Below, piece after piece: positions 9,609 to 19,906 of a DNA stretch of 64,000 nt (position 1 is the first letter of the stretch; each line of letters opens with the position of its first letter). Origin of the DNA: Candidatus Aenigmatarchaeota archaeon (GTDB lineage: Archaea > Aenigmatarchaeota > Aenigmatarchaeia > CG10238-14 > SpSt-28). Where the stretch lies: NCBI GenBank assembly GCA_039000725.1, contig JAWBNO010000001.1, positions 258,995 to 322,994 on the forward strand, in the 5' to 3' direction. The notes beneath the pieces are model-generated. The model did no database searches and was not told where the DNA came from. It was given only the letters and a program-made list of their open reading frames with translations. Made by a program: the position numbers and the translations under genes.

Positions 9609-10822
9609 TTTTTCTTTCCTTTTTTAAGTTTGTAAAGAAGTAAAATTAGAGAAATTATAATCGAAATTGCGATAATATATTTCAAATAATAAAAAGGTTC
9701 GGTTTGAGATTTTTGCTGAAATCTAGGAGTAAAATAGGTCGATGTTATATTTCTTTCAAGATTAATTTTTATAATTTTTTCCAATTTTTCTCTTTCCCCT
9801 TTTTCATTAGTATAGTAAAGGTAAATTTTTAAACTATTGTTATATTTTGTTTCGTTTTCATTTATTCTTGTGGGATAAATATTTAAAGAAACAGAAGTGT
9901 AATCTCCCGGATTTATGTTGCCTATAAACACTAAAGGCTCAGAAAAATAAAAGTTTGGCTGTGAAGGAATTTCTAATACTACGCTATATGCTGTTGATAA
10001 TCCAATATTTCCTATGGAAAAAGTAACTAAATTTCCACTTACTTCTTCAGTACCAACAAAGAAATCAATATCTTCGCGAATTCTCAATCCAAAAGAAGAA
10101 TTTATAAGTATTCTTGAATTCGATTTATCTGTATATTCTACATAAATGTAAACTGGATATAGTCCTGGGTTAGCTAAAGAAGAAACAGAAACATTAAATG
10201 TTATAATTTTTTCTTCTTTTGGAGAAAGTTTTTCAATATAGTATTTGTTATCTGAGCCAAATGTCAAAAGATTTCCACTAAAATCTCTAATTGTTATAAA
10301 TATATTTTTTGCTTCAGAATTTCCTTCATTTGATATAGTTAAGTATAAAGTTTCACTATTACCTACTTTAATTTCTGTTGGTGATATAGATTTAACTCTT
10401 AATGCTGATGGACTTTGTACGTTTATCAAAGCGTACTGATAAATATCTTTACAACTAGATTCTTGGCAATACTCAATCTTTATTTTAACTCTATATAATC
10501 CGCTTTCTATAGAATTTGGAACAGAATATTTTAATAATACAATAGTTGAATCTCCTGGTGCTAAATTACCTATCTTAATTTCATTATCATAAGGCAATAC
10601 AATTCCAGGGTCGATATTAATTGCAACAACTTTAATATCTTGAGCATAATCATTACCAACATTTTTTAAATTAATGTAAATATAGCCATCAGTTCCTGGA
10701 AAGGAAACAATTGGATTTGGAGATATATTAAATGTTAAAGCTGGTGTTAGCAAAGCGGATAGAGATGGAGTAAAAATAAAAAGGAGAATAATAATCAATA
10801 AAATTTTCTTTATTTCAATCAT
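9605..10822 (-). CDS. COG1361 S-layer-domain (Ig-like repeat) membrane-anchored protein
   Basis: Signal peptide, repeated NxGxxxA and IGNLxPG Ig-like motifs, C-terminal TM with basic tail; lies between ABC ATPase and permease. Confidence 0.8.
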   Translation of the reverse strand: MIEIKKILLIIILLFIFTPSLSALLTPALTFNISPNPIVSFPGTDGYIYINLKNVGNDYAQDIKVVAINIDPGIVLPYDNEIKIGNLAPGDSTIVLLKYSVPNSIESGLYRVKIKIEYCQESSCKDIYQYALINVQSPSALRVKSISPTEIKVGNSETLYLTISNEGNSEAKNIFITIRDFSGNLLTFGSDNKYYIEKLSPKEEKIITFNVSVSSLANPGLYPVYIYVEYTDKSNSRILINSSFGLRIREDIDFFVGTEEVSGNLVTFSIGNIGLSTAYSVVLEIPSQPNFYFSEPLVFIGNINPGDYTSVSLNIYPTRINENETKYNNSLKIYLYYTNEKGEREKLEKIIKINLERNITSTYFTPRFQQKSQTEPFYYLKYIIAISIIISLILLLYKLKKGKKK

Positions 10823-11510
10823 TTTTCTCATCTTCCACAATTCTTCCATCTTTTATTTTTATTACTCTTTTAAAATATTTAATAATTTCCAAATTATGAG
10901 TTACAACAATTATAGTTTTTCCATATTTTTCATTCAAATTTCTAAATATTCTTATTATTTCTTCACCGCTTTTTGAATCTAAATTGCCAGTAGGTTCATC
11001 AGCCAAAATATAAGATGGATCATTTGCCATAGCTCTAGCTATAGCAACTCTTTGTCTTTGTCCTCCAGAAAGTTGGGATGGTAAATGATCTTTAAATTTA
11101 ATTAGTCCAACCTCTTCTAATAGTTTTTTAGCTCTTTCTTTTCTTTCTTTTTCATCTATACCAGCAATCATCATAGGTAATTCTACATTTTCCAAAGCTG
11201 TTAAAGTAGGATATAAGTTAAAAAATTGGAAAACAAAGCCTATTTTTTTATTTCTTAGCTCTGATATTTCTTTTTCATTTAACGTAGAAGTCCTTTTACC
11301 TTCTATAAAAACTTCTCCTCTCGTTGGTTTGTCTAAAAGGCCAATAATATGTAATAAAGTAGATTTACCAGATCCAGAAGGACCAACTATAGCTACTAAC
11401 TCGCTTTTTCTAAATTTTAGATTTACATTGTTTAGTGCGACTACTTCATTGTTATCCATTTTATAAATTTTAGATACATTTTTTAGTTCAATTACATTTT
11501 CTGTTTTCAT
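10815..11510 (-). CDS. ABC transporter ATP-binding protein (LolD/MacB type)
   Basis: GPSGSGKST, GFVFQFFNL, LSGGQRQR, ILADEPTGNLD. Confidence 0.96.
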   Translation of the reverse strand: MKTENVIELKNVSKIYKMDNNEVVALNNVNLKFRKSELVAIVGPSGSGKSTLLHIIGLLDKPTRGEVFIEGKRTSTLNEKEISELRNKKIGFVFQFFNLYPTLTALENVELPMMIAGIDEKERKERAKKLLEEVGLIKFKDHLPSQLSGGQRQRVAIARAMANDPSYILADEPTGNLDSKSGEEIIRIFRNLNEKYGKTIIVVTHNLEIIKYFKRVIKIKDGRIVEDEKND

Positions 11511-11537
11511 TATAAAATAATGGAGAATTAATAATAT

Positions 11538-12398
11538 ATGAGCTATAGATTTGTTAGTGAAAAGATTTTAAAAAATATTTATAGAGAGAGAAGGGATTGG
11601 TGTAGGAAATACGATTTTGGTAATCTTTTAGTAATAGGAGGAAGTAAAATATACTCTGGCTCACCAACTTTTAATGCTCTAGCGGCTTATAGAAGTGGAG
11701 TAGATTTAGTTACAATAGTTGCTCCAAAAAGAGCAGCAGATATAATTGCTAGTTTTAAGCCGGACTTAATAACTTATCCTTTAGATTGTGACTATTTTTC
11801 AATTAAAAATTTAGATGAAGTCCTCGAATTAACAAAAAATAAAACAGCTATTGTTATTGGTGGTGGAATGACAAGAAGAGAAGAAGTTTTTGAATTTGTT
11901 TTAGAATATTTAAAAAATGTTAATATACCTTGTGTAATAGATGCTGATGCAATTCATGCTGTTTCAAAAAATCTAGAAATTATTAGTGGAAAAAACTTTG
12001 TTTTAACTCCACATTCTTATGAATTTTTTGTATTAAGTGGGAAAAGAGTTGGAGAAAACTTAGAAGAGAGGATTAACTTTGTTAAAGAGTTTTGTAAAAA
12101 TTATAAGTTGACAGTTATTTTAAAAGGACAAATAGATGTAATTTCTGATGGACAAAAAATAGCTTTGAATAAAACAGGTTGTAAAGTTATGACAAAAGGA
12201 GGAATGGGTGATACTCTTGCTGGAATATTGGGAGCTATTTTAGCTAGAAAAGTTGATTGTTTTACTGCCGCTTGCGCTGCTGCATATATAAATGGAAAAG
12301 CGGGAGAACTTGCCGCAAAAAAATATAGTGAAGGAATTATGGCGAGTGATATAATTGAAGAAATTCCTAATGTTATAAAAAAAGTTATAAAGTACTAA
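11538..12398 (+). CDS. nnrD: ADP-dependent NAD(P)H-hydrate dehydratase
   Basis: LLVIGGS..YSGSP, VIDADA, LTPH, LKG, GGMGDTLAG. Confidence 0.92.
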   Translation: MSYRFVSEKILKNIYRERRDWCRKYDFGNLLVIGGSKIYSGSPTFNALAAYRSGVDLVTIVAPKRAADIIASFKPDLITYPLDCDYFSIKNLDEVLELTKNKTAIVIGGGMTRREEVFEFVLEYLKNVNIPCVIDADAIHAVSKNLEIISGKNFVLTPHSYEFFVLSGKRVGENLEERINFVKEFCKNYKLTVILKGQIDVISDGQKIALNKTGCKVMTKGGMGDTLAGILGAILARKVDCFTAACAAAYINGKAGELAAKKYSEGIMASDIIEEIPNVIKKVIKY

Positions 12399-12412
12399 TC
12401 AATTGATTAAAT

Positions 12413-12598
12413 ATGAAAGTTGAAGTTGATAAGAAAAGATGCATTGGTTGTGGTCTTTGTGTTTCAATGTTACCAGAAGTTTTTGAGTTTGATGATGATG
12501 GAAAATCTTCAGTAAAGAATCCAAGTGGTGCTCCTTTAGAAAAGATTAAAGAAGTTGCAGGAATGTGTCCAGTTAAAGCTATAATAGTAAAAGATTAA
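12413..12598 (+). CDS. Ferredoxin (single cluster)
   Basis: CIGCGLC...CP motif in 61 aa. Confidence 0.95.
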   Translation: MKVEVDKKRCIGCGLCVSMLPEVFEFDDDGKSSVKNPSGAPLEKIKEVAGMCPVKAIIVKD

Positions 12599-12624
12599 AA
12601 AAACGTAAAACTATATAGAATTTA

Positions 12625-13548
12625 ATGAAAGCTAAAGATTTGGAAAATTTTGAAAGCGTAAAAAGAATGATTGGAGAGTTGAATTTGTTAACTAGAAGTA
12701 ACAATACTAAGCTAACTTATTTAAAGGGTTTGAAAAAGTTTGTTGAATATAAAAATATTCAAAATTTGGATGAGTTTATAGAAGAAGTTAAACAAAAACA
12801 AAACCAAAATGAAATTTATAAAGAATATGCACTTTATTTGGCTGGAATGAATTTAGCTCCAAAATCAGTTGCAGCCTGGATATCCGCCTTAAAGAAATTT
12901 TTTGAGGCCAATTCTTTAAAAGTTGATATTGATATTCCTTTAAAAATTTTTAATGTTCATGAAGATGTTTTACCAAGCAAAGAAGAATTAAAAAGAATTG
13001 TTGAAGAAAGCGATTTGAGAATAAAAACTATTATATTACTTTTGGCTTCTAGTGGAATGAGAGTTGGCGAACTACATAATCTAAAAATTTCAGATATTGA
13101 TATAAATCAAGAAATTCCTACTATTAGAATTAAAGGAATTGGAGCTAAAGAAAGAAAATCAAGAATAACATTTATTACGCCAGAAGCAAAAAGATTTCTA
13201 ATAGAATATTTAGAAAAGAGAAAAATGGCTGGAGAAGAAATAAACGAAAACTCTCCAGTAATTTCTAGTGAAGATGGAAGAGAAATGAGTTACCAAAATT
13301 TACAATATTTACTAGAGAAAGCTTTTAAAAAATATGCAAAAAAAGTTGGTAAAAGATATAATTTACATGCACATTGTTTAAGGAAATGGTTTAAAACACA
13401 GTTAATCTCTTCTGGAGTTCCTGCACCTATTGTTGATAGATTGATGGGGCATCAAAGATATTTGGCACAAGAATATGAATTATATACGGAAAATCAACTG
13501 AAGGAATGGTATCAAAAGGGAATGAAAGCTTTGTATATTTTAGAGTAA
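12625..13548 (+). CDS. Tyrosine recombinase (XerA/integrase family)
   Basis: SAM-like N-domain; SGMRVGE, K, HCLRK, LMGH and C-terminal Tyr catalytic residues. Confidence 0.93.
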   Translation: MKAKDLENFESVKRMIGELNLLTRSNNTKLTYLKGLKKFVEYKNIQNLDEFIEEVKQKQNQNEIYKEYALYLAGMNLAPKSVAAWISALKKFFEANSLKVDIDIPLKIFNVHEDVLPSKEELKRIVEESDLRIKTIILLLASSGMRVGELHNLKISDIDINQEIPTIRIKGIGAKERKSRITFITPEAKRFLIEYLEKRKMAGEEINENSPVISSEDGREMSYQNLQYLLEKAFKKYAKKVGKRYNLHAHCLRKWFKTQLISSGVPAPIVDRLMGHQRYLAQEYELYTENQLKEWYQKGMKALYILE

Positions 13549-13549
13549 A

Positions 13550-13834
13550 TTATGGTCTTTTTCTTAGTTTGTTTAGTTTTGTAATTAAAGAGTCTAATGT
13601 TCTAGCTACATCTTCTCCTAAATCTGTTAGCTTAACTATTTTTACTCTACCCTTTTCTTCAAACTCAACTATACCTAATTCATTTAGTAAATCTAAAATT
13701 TTAATTGTGTGAGAATATGTAAGATCAACTGCTTTTGAAACCATTGTTATATTTTTTGGTCCTTCTCTCAAAGTTACAAGCAGTTTCGCAGGTTTATATC
13801 TTAAAAATATTTCGTGCGGGAAATTTTCTTTCAT
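13550..13834 (-). CDS. Small winged-helix DNA-binding protein (MarR-like)
   Basis: ITMVSKAVDLTYSHTIKILDLLNELGIV...GRVKIVKLTDLG. Confidence 0.85.
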   Translation of the reverse strand: MKENFPHEIFLRYKPAKLLVTLREGPKNITMVSKAVDLTYSHTIKILDLLNELGIVEFEEKGRVKIVKLTDLGEDVARTLDSLITKLNKLRKRP

Positions 13835-13881
13835 AAAAAAATTTTATTATACTATTTAAATATGAATTTTTTATAACTCTT

Positions 13882-15558
13882 ATGACCATAAGTATAGAAA
13901 AATTAAGAAATGTAGCGTTAAAATATAGTTTATTGAATGCAAAAAAATTTGGAAAAGCAAGCGAAGACGCTGTCATAAAGAAGATATTTTTAGAATACCC
14001 GGATTTAAAAAAAGAAGTTAAAAAAGTTTTAGAAATAGTTAAGGATGTTGTTAGAGAAGTAAACTCATATAGCTTAGAAAAGATAGAAGAAAGAATTAAA
14101 GAGCTTGGCATAGTAGAGGAGAGAAAAGAAGAAAAAAAAGAAATTTTACCACCACTACCAAATGCTGAAGAAGGAAAAGTTGTAATGAGACTAGCTCCAT
14201 TTCCATCAGGCCCTTTACATATAGGTAATGCTAGAATGGTTATTTTAAATGATTATTATGTTAGAAGGTATAAGGGTAAACTCATTCTGTTTTATGATGA
14301 TACTATTGGAAGTGAAGAAAAACCAATAGATCCAGAAGCTTATCATTTAATTAAAGAGGGTTTAGATTGGCTAAATGTAAAATATTCAGAGATTTATTAC
14401 AAATCTGATAGAATGGAAATTTACTATGAATATGGAAGAAAATTAATAGAACTCGGGAAAGCCTATGTTTGTACTTGTAGTAAGGATGAAATCAGAAAGA
14501 ATAGAAGACTTGGAATCGAATGTTCTTGTAGAAGCAGAAAAATTGAGGAAAATTTATTGCTATTCAAAGAAATGATTGAAGGAAAATTTAAAGAAGGAGA
14601 AGCTGTAGTTAGATTAAAGACTGATATGAAACATCCAAATCCAGCCTTTAGAGATAGGGTATTACTTAGAATATGTGAAAGAGAACATCCACGTGTTGGT
14701 AAAAAATATAGAGTTTGGCCAATGCTTGAATTTTCTTGGGCTATAGATGATCATTTAATTGGAGTTACTCATATACTTAGAGGTAAAGAGCTAGTTATAG
14801 AAGACATGATGGAAGATTTTATTTGGGATATATTTGGTTGGAAAAAGCCGGTTTTTATTCACTACGGATTGCTAAAATTAAAAGAAGAGGGTGCAAAATT
14901 AAGTAAATCTAAGAGTAGAAAATTAATAGAATCCGGAGAACTTACCGGTTGGGATGATCCAAGAACTTGGAGTTTACAGTCTTTAAGAAAAAGAGGTTTT
15001 CAGCCAGAAGCTATAAGAAATTTTATATTGAATTTGGGTTTAAGCGAAGCTGATATTACTATGCCAATTGAAATTTTATACGCTGAAAATAGAAAGATAA
15101 TTGATAAAATTGCAAATAGATATTTTTGTGTTTTAAATCCTGTAAAAATAAGTTTGGATAAAAATGTTGAAAAAATAAAAATAAAATGTCATCCTGATTA
15201 TCCAGAAAGAGGAGAAAGAGAAATATTTATTGATAAAAATGAGATTTATGTCGAAAAGGAAGATTTTGAAAAATATAGAGGAAAAGAAGTGGCTCTAATA
15301 GGGATGTTTACAGTTTTACTAGAAGAAAATTCTAAGTTTATTAGTGAAGAAATTCCATATGATATGCCTAAAATTCACTGGGTCTCTAAACCTAATATAA
15401 GAATAAAAATTATGATGCCAAACGGAAAAGAAATTGAAGCTTTAGGAGAAAATTCTTTGAAAGAGCTTAAAGAGGGAGAGATAGTACAATTTTATAGGGT
15501 AGGTTTTTGTAGGTTGGATAACAAGGGTAAAATGCTATTTTATTTTGCCCACAAGTGA
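13882..15558 (+). CDS. gltX: Glutamate--tRNA ligase (archaeal type)
   Basis: [39 protein letters not shown]. Confidence 0.97.
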   Translation: MTISIEKLRNVALKYSLLNAKKFGKASEDAVIKKIFLEYPDLKKEVKKVLEIVKDVVREVNSYSLEKIEERIKELGIVEERKEEKKEILPPLPNAEEGKVVMRLAPFPSGPLHIGNARMVILNDYYVRRYKGKLILFYDDTIGSEEKPIDPEAYHLIKEGLDWLNVKYSEIYYKSDRMEIYYEYGRKLIELGKAYVCTCSKDEIRKNRRLGIECSCRSRKIEENLLLFKEMIEGKFKEGEAVVRLKTDMKHPNPAFRDRVLLRICEREHPRVGKKYRVWPMLEFSWAIDDHLIGVTHILRGKELVIEDMMEDFIWDIFGWKKPVFIHYGLLKLKEEGAKLSKSKSRKLIESGELTGWDDPRTWSLQSLRKRGFQPEAIRNFILNLGLSEADITMPIEILYAENRKIIDKIANRYFCVLNPVKISLDKNVEKIKIKCHPDYPERGEREIFIDKNEIYVEKEDFEKYRGKEVALIGMFTVLLEENSKFISEEIPYDMPKIHWVSKPNIRIKIMMPNGKEIEALGENSLKELKEGEIVQFYRVGFCRLDNKGKMLFYFAHK

Positions 15559-15616
15559 AGCAAGTTTTAAAAACTTAAATTCAATTAAAATAATTAAGAT
15601 GAGGAGGGGTGATAAG

Positions 15617-15985
15617 ATGGCTAAAGCATATGTTAAATTTAATGTACCCGAAGAGCTTATGAAGAAAACCCTACAATTGGTTGAAATAGCAAGAACTACG
15701 GGAAAAATTAAAAAAGGTACTAATGAAACTACTAAAGCTATAGATAGAGGAGAGGCAAAATTAGCAATAATAGCTATGGATGTAGAGCCTGAGGAAATTG
15801 TTATGCATTTACCACCTTTGTGCGAAGAAAAAGGTGTTCCATATACATACGTTGCTTCTAAGCAAGAGTTAGGCAAAGCAGCAGGAATAGATGTGGCAGC
15901 AGCTTCGGTAGCTATTATAAATCCAGGAGAAGGAGGAAAGTTAATGGAAGAAATAATATCTCAAATAAAGAAAATTAAGGCTTGA
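15617..15985 (+). CDS. rpl7ae: 50S ribosomal protein L7Ae (eL8)
   Basis: [42 protein letters not shown] before ATG 15617. Confidence 0.97.
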   Translation: MAKAYVKFNVPEELMKKTLQLVEIARTTGKIKKGTNETTKAIDRGEAKLAIIAMDVEPEEIVMHLPPLCEEKGVPYTYVASKQELGKAAGIDVAAASVAIINPGEGGKLMEEIISQIKKIKA

Positions 15986-16200
15986 TGCGGATGACAAAAG
16001 ATGCCTATCCGGCAGAGGTTATAGAAATATTGGGTACTTCTGGTGTGAAAGGAGTAAGGCAGGTTAGATGTAGGTTGATTGAAGGACCAGAAAAAGGAAA
16101 AATTTTAATAAGAAATGTTGTTGGACCTGTTAGGGTTGGGGATGTATTAATGTTAAGAGAGATAGAAATGGAAACAGCAATGAGGTTAGAGCAAAAGTGA
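15985..16200 (+). CDS. rps28e: 30S ribosomal protein eS28
   Basis: [29 protein letters not shown]. Confidence 0.95.
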   Translation: MRMTKDAYPAEVIEILGTSGVKGVRQVRCRLIEGPEKGKILIRNVVGPVRVGDVLMLREIEMETAMRLEQK

Positions 16201-16204
16201 TAAT

Positions 16205-16366
16205 ATGAAATGTAACTTTTGTAATTCAAAGATAGAAGAAGGTACTGGTAAAATTTTTGTAAGAAATAGTGGAGAAATATTATACTTTTGTTCAAAAAAG
16301 TGTGAAAGATACTATCTAATGGGTAGAAAAAAAGAAAAACTAAAATGGGTTAGAAAAAATCAATAA
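16205..16366 (+). CDS. rpl24e: 50S ribosomal protein eL24 (absent from the ORF track, 53 aa)
   Basis: Hand translation MKCNFCNSKIEEGTGKIFVRNSGEILYFCSKKCERYYLMGRKKEKLKWVRKNQ*; conserved L7Ae-S28e-L24e order. Confidence 0.95.
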   Translation: MKCNFCNSKIEEGTGKIFVRNSGEILYFCSKKCERYYLMGRKKEKLKWVRKNQ

Positions 16367-16402
16367 AGATTAATTAAATTTCGCTTTCTTTGGTGAATTA
16401 TA

Positions 16403-17416
16403 ATGAGATTTAGTGTAGAATATGATGATGATAGTTTTGAAAAAACCGTAAGTATTTTAAAAAATTTTGCAGGTAAAGAGGTTAGTTTATTTGAAATTGA
16501 AAAGGAATGTATAAAAAACAACATAATTTCTACAGATTATCTATTCATACTTCTACAACATCTAAATATTAAAGGTGTGGTAGAGGCCAATAAAGGGATA
16601 ATAAAAATAAGGGAAGAAATTGGAAAAGAAATAATTGAGGAGGCCAGAGAAATTATAAAAAGAAAACTATCATCAGTTTATAAGCTATTTCTTACTCCCT
16701 TGGAAGTTGCAAAATTCTTTCAATGTCCAAGAAGATTGTGGCTAGAAAAAATAGTTTTGGCCAAACAAGAAAAAGAAAAGGTGGGAAAAGTATGGGATGG
16801 TGAAGCCTTACATCTATCTATTAAAAATTTTATTGAGAATCTAGGAAAAAAAGAAGAAAATGTACTAATAAAAGAAAGTGTAAATTATGGTTTAAAAATT
16901 TTTGAAGGGGCAGTTCAAATTAAATCTGAGGAAATGGAGGAGATAGTTAAAAAATTTATGGAAGAAATAAAGAGAGAAAACTTTGATTTAATTTTACCAG
17001 AGAGGACAATTTTTAGTATTAGGTTGGGATTAATAGGTTCGATAGACTTAATAGCCTTTAAGGGAGAAGACTTGTATCCAATTGAAATAAAACACGCTTC
17101 ATATAGGGGGAGAATTAAAAGAGAACATTTAATTCAGAGTATAGGCGAAGCTTTACTTTTAGGAAACTATTTTAGAACCCACATCAAACATTCGTTCATA
17201 TTCTATTCTCAAACTAACAGCCTAGTGAAAATCGATATTAGTAAAAAAAATGTTGAAAATTTCATGAGAACAATTTCAAAGATATTTAGGATTTATTCAT
17301 CCAATAGAATACCGCCCAAGTCTAGATTACCAAATTATAGAGAAAGAGTGTGTAAAGGTTGCCATGTTAAATTAGCTTGCGATAATATAGAAAAAATTAG
17401 AAAAAGAAAGGTTTAA
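16403..17416 (+). CDS. Solo Cas4/Dna2-like PD-(D/E)xK nuclease with Fe-S cysteines and N-terminal extension
   Basis: CPRR, G..LH, GSID, PIEIK, and C-terminal CKGC-x5-C; no cas1 or CRISPR array in the window. Confidence 0.85.
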   Translation: MRFSVEYDDDSFEKTVSILKNFAGKEVSLFEIEKECIKNNIISTDYLFILLQHLNIKGVVEANKGIIKIREEIGKEIIEEAREIIKRKLSSVYKLFLTPLEVAKFFQCPRRLWLEKIVLAKQEKEKVGKVWDGEALHLSIKNFIENLGKKEENVLIKESVNYGLKIFEGAVQIKSEEMEEIVKKFMEEIKRENFDLILPERTIFSIRLGLIGSIDLIAFKGEDLYPIEIKHASYRGRIKREHLIQSIGEALLLGNYFRTHIKHSFIFYSQTNSLVKIDISKKNVENFMRTISKIFRIYSSNRIPPKSRLPNYRERVCKGCHVKLACDNIEKIRKRKV

Positions 17417-17445
17417 TTTTTTCTTTTTTTATTTCATATATATAA

Positions 17446-17517
17446 GGGCCGGTAGATCAATGGTAGATCGCCGCTCTTGCAAAGCGGAGGCTCCGGGTTC
17501 GAATCCCGGCCGGTCCA
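17446..17517 (+). tRNA. tRNA-Ala(TGC)
   Basis: Cloverleaf with G3:U70 pair, anticodon arm CCGCT-CT-TGC-AA-AGCGG, T-loop TTCGAAT. Confidence 0.97.
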
Positions 17518-17569
17518 ACACATATTTAAAAAAGCTTATAAACAAGTTTTATACTAAAATTTTATTGAG

Positions 17570-17755
17570 GTGAAAATTGAAGTGCGGAGTAGTGAAGAAA
17601 TAGAGAAAAAACTCAAAGAGTTATTAAATGCTAAAAATGAGATCGAACTGTATAATGAGTTTGGAATTAGAAATATAGATGAGTTTAATATGGCTATAAA
17701 GGTTTTGAAATGGGTTTTAGAAAGTAATGGTAAGGAGAAGAAAGATAAGGTTTAG
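17570..17755 (+). CDS. Small hypothetical protein
   Basis: 61-aa ORF with GTG start overlapping GAGG; ends in amphipathic IKVLKWVLE. Confidence 0.55.
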   Translation: MKIEVRSSEEIEKKLKELLNAKNEIELYNEFGIRNIDEFNMAIKVLKWVLESNGKEKKDKV

Positions 17756-18191
17756 ATTCTCTTTTTCTGAAGAGATTTTCATAAAATTCTGTACTATCTC
17801 CTTCTAATAAATATAGTAAATCGATTTTTTTAGGATAGTGTTTTATTAGATCTTTGATATAATCGGTTGCGTCCTCTTCCCAATTATCGTAAATTTCATA
17901 ACACTTAACTATCTTTAATAAATAAAGTGTATAGAACGGATGAGGATATTTAGTGAAGTTAGTATAAATGATGAGTGAAGAATTATCAAAGTTGTTTGTA
18001 TATATAAAGGTTAACTCATTTTTTTTATCTAACATTATGTATAAAATTTCGTAGTCTAAGCTTTCCATTAAAGTTTCTAGGGCATCAGGAAATAGTAAAA
18101 AGTCGTTTGGATGTTCATAGATTACTGGAAGAAATTGATCCGGATAATCTAAAACTTCATATTTAATTTTATCTTCTTCACTAAGACTCAT
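17694..18191 (-). CDS. Hypothetical acidic Tyr-rich protein
   Basis: 165-aa ORF; no recognisable motif. Confidence 0.55.
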   Translation of the reverse strand: MSLSEEDKIKYEVLDYPDQFLPVIYEHPNDFLLFPDALETLMESLDYEILYIMLDKKNELTFIYTNNFDNSSLIIYTNFTKYPHPFYTLYLLKIVKCYEIYDNWEEDATDYIKDLIKHYPKKIDLLYLLEGDSTEFYENLFRKRESKPYLSSPYHYFLKPISKPL

Positions 18192-18217
18192 ATTATAAAT
18201 TGTAGTAAAAAATAAAA

Positions 18218-18811
18218 ATGAAAGTTTATGAAAATTTGATTGAAGCCCAAGAATGCTTTGCTAAAAAAGTAAAATTTAAGAAAGTTAAAAATATTGAAAG
18301 AATTTTATGTTTAGATGCTGCATATAAAAAAGATAAAGTTGTTACTGTGGCTGTTCTTTATGATTTAAAAAAGGATGAAGTGTTAGAGGTTTATTATAGA
18401 AAAGATTTAGTAAGATTCCCATATGTACCAGGTTTATTGTTTTTTAGAGAAGGTAATTTTATGGTAAAACTTATTAAAAAAGTTAAAAAGAAATATGATT
18501 TGATTATTGTTGATGGACATGGTTTATCTCATCCTAGAATGGCAGGATTAGCTACTTATGTCGGAGTTATAACAAATAAACCAACTATTGGAATAGCAAA
18601 AAAATATTTGTTTGGAGATGTTATTGATGACATTATTTATTTAAATAACACCAAAGTTGGTATAAAAATTAATAGATATTACTTTAGTATAGGTTCTAAC
18701 ATAGATTTTGATAGCTTAAAAATTTTTATAGAAAAAATTAATTTTACCTATCCAAAGGCAATGAAGATTGCTGACAAGCTTTCTAAATGTTTGGCAAATA
18801 AATTATTATAA
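18218..18811 (+). CDS. nfi: Endonuclease V
   Basis: LDAAY, FPYVPGLLFFRE, VDGHGLSHPRMAGLA, PTIGIAK. Confidence 0.95.
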   Translation: MKVYENLIEAQECFAKKVKFKKVKNIERILCLDAAYKKDKVVTVAVLYDLKKDEVLEVYYRKDLVRFPYVPGLLFFREGNFMVKLIKKVKKKYDLIIVDGHGLSHPRMAGLATYVGVITNKPTIGIAKKYLFGDVIDDIIYLNNTKVGIKINRYYFSIGSNIDFDSLKIFIEKINFTYPKAMKIADKLSKCLANKLL

Positions 18812-18851
18812 AAGGTTAAAAACTTAAAAAATAGATTAAAATTTGATAATT

Positions 18852-19433
18852 ATGGGAATATCGAAACCGAAGGATGAAGCAAAATTGAAGGAAAAAGAAG
18901 AAAAAACCATAGAAAAAAAGGAATTTAAAAAGCCTAGAGAAGAAAAATCAAAAAAAATAGAAGGAATAGTTAGAATTTTTAATACGGATTTAATAGCTAA
19001 CAAAAATTTACTTTATGGATTAACAGGAATAAAGGGAGTTAGCTATACTTTTTCTAAGGCTATTTTAACAGCTTTGGGTTTGGATGCAAAAAGAAAAATT
19101 GGAAGTTTGAGTCAAGAAGAGATAGAAAAAATAGAGGATTGTTTGAAAAATCCAGAAAAATATGGAATACCTTCTTTTGTTTACAATAGAAGAAAAGATC
19201 CTGAATTAGGAATAGATAGACACTTGGTTGGACCTGACGTGAAAATAGCCGAAAGTTTTGATATTAAAAGAGAGATTGAATTAAAAACATATAAAGGATT
19301 TAGACATATGTATGGTTTACCTGTTAGAGGACAAAAAACAAGAAGTCACTTTAGAAAAGGTAGAACCGTTGGGGTTTTGAGAGGAAAGATGAAACAAATG
19401 GTCTCGCAACAACAAAAAGAAGAAAAGAAGTGA
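18852..19433 (+). CDS. rps13: 30S ribosomal protein uS13
   Basis: LTGIKGV, NRRKD, YKGFRHMYGLPVRGQKTRS. Confidence 0.97.
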   Translation: MGISKPKDEAKLKEKEEKTIEKKEFKKPREEKSKKIEGIVRIFNTDLIANKNLLYGLTGIKGVSYTFSKAILTALGLDAKRKIGSLSQEEIEKIEDCLKNPEKYGIPSFVYNRRKDPELGIDRHLVGPDVKIAESFDIKREIELKTYKGFRHMYGLPVRGQKTRSHFRKGRTVGVLRGKMKQMVSQQQKEEKK

Positions 19434-19438
19434 TATAA

Positions 19439-19906
19439 ATGAAAAGATTTAGAAAAAAATACAAAAAACCGAGAAGACCGTGGGATAAGTCGCTTTTGGA
19501 AGAGGAAAGAAAGCTTATGATAGAATATGGGCTCAGGAGAAAAAGGGAGCTATGGAGAGCAAAAGAGATACTTAGAAAATATAGAAGGTTAGCTAGAAAG
19601 TTAAATGCAATCAAAGATAAAGATAGAGAAAAGATATTACTTGGAAAGTTATATAAAATGGGATTGGTTGATGAAAACGCAAATTTGGATACAGTTTTAA
19701 GTTTAACAGTTAAGGATATACTTAATAGAAGATTGCAAACTATAGTATATAGAAAAGGTTTAGCTAACACAATTAAACAAGCAAGACAATTTATCGTTCA
19801 TGGTCATGTTAAAATAAATGGAAGAAAAGTAGTATACCCAAGCTATTTAGTTCCAAGAGAAGAAGAAGACAAAATAGAATGTGATATAAAGGTTGAGAAG
19901 AAATGA
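19439..19906 (+). CDS. rps4: 30S ribosomal protein uS4
   Basis: [32 protein letters not shown]. Confidence 0.97.
   Translation: MKRFRKKYKKPRRPWDKSLLEEERKLMIEYGLRRKRELWRAKEILRKYRRLARKLNAIKDKDREKILLGKLYKMGLVDENANLDTVLSLTVKDILNRRLQTIVYRKGLANTIKQARQFIVHGHVKINGRKVVYPSYLVPREEEDKIECDIKVEKK

Noticed and set aside
12625..17517. Casposon or provirus made of recombinase + Cas4 + tRNA-Ala
   Set aside because: The interval contains gltX and ribosomal genes; no Cas1, PolB, terminal repeats or att duplication were seen.
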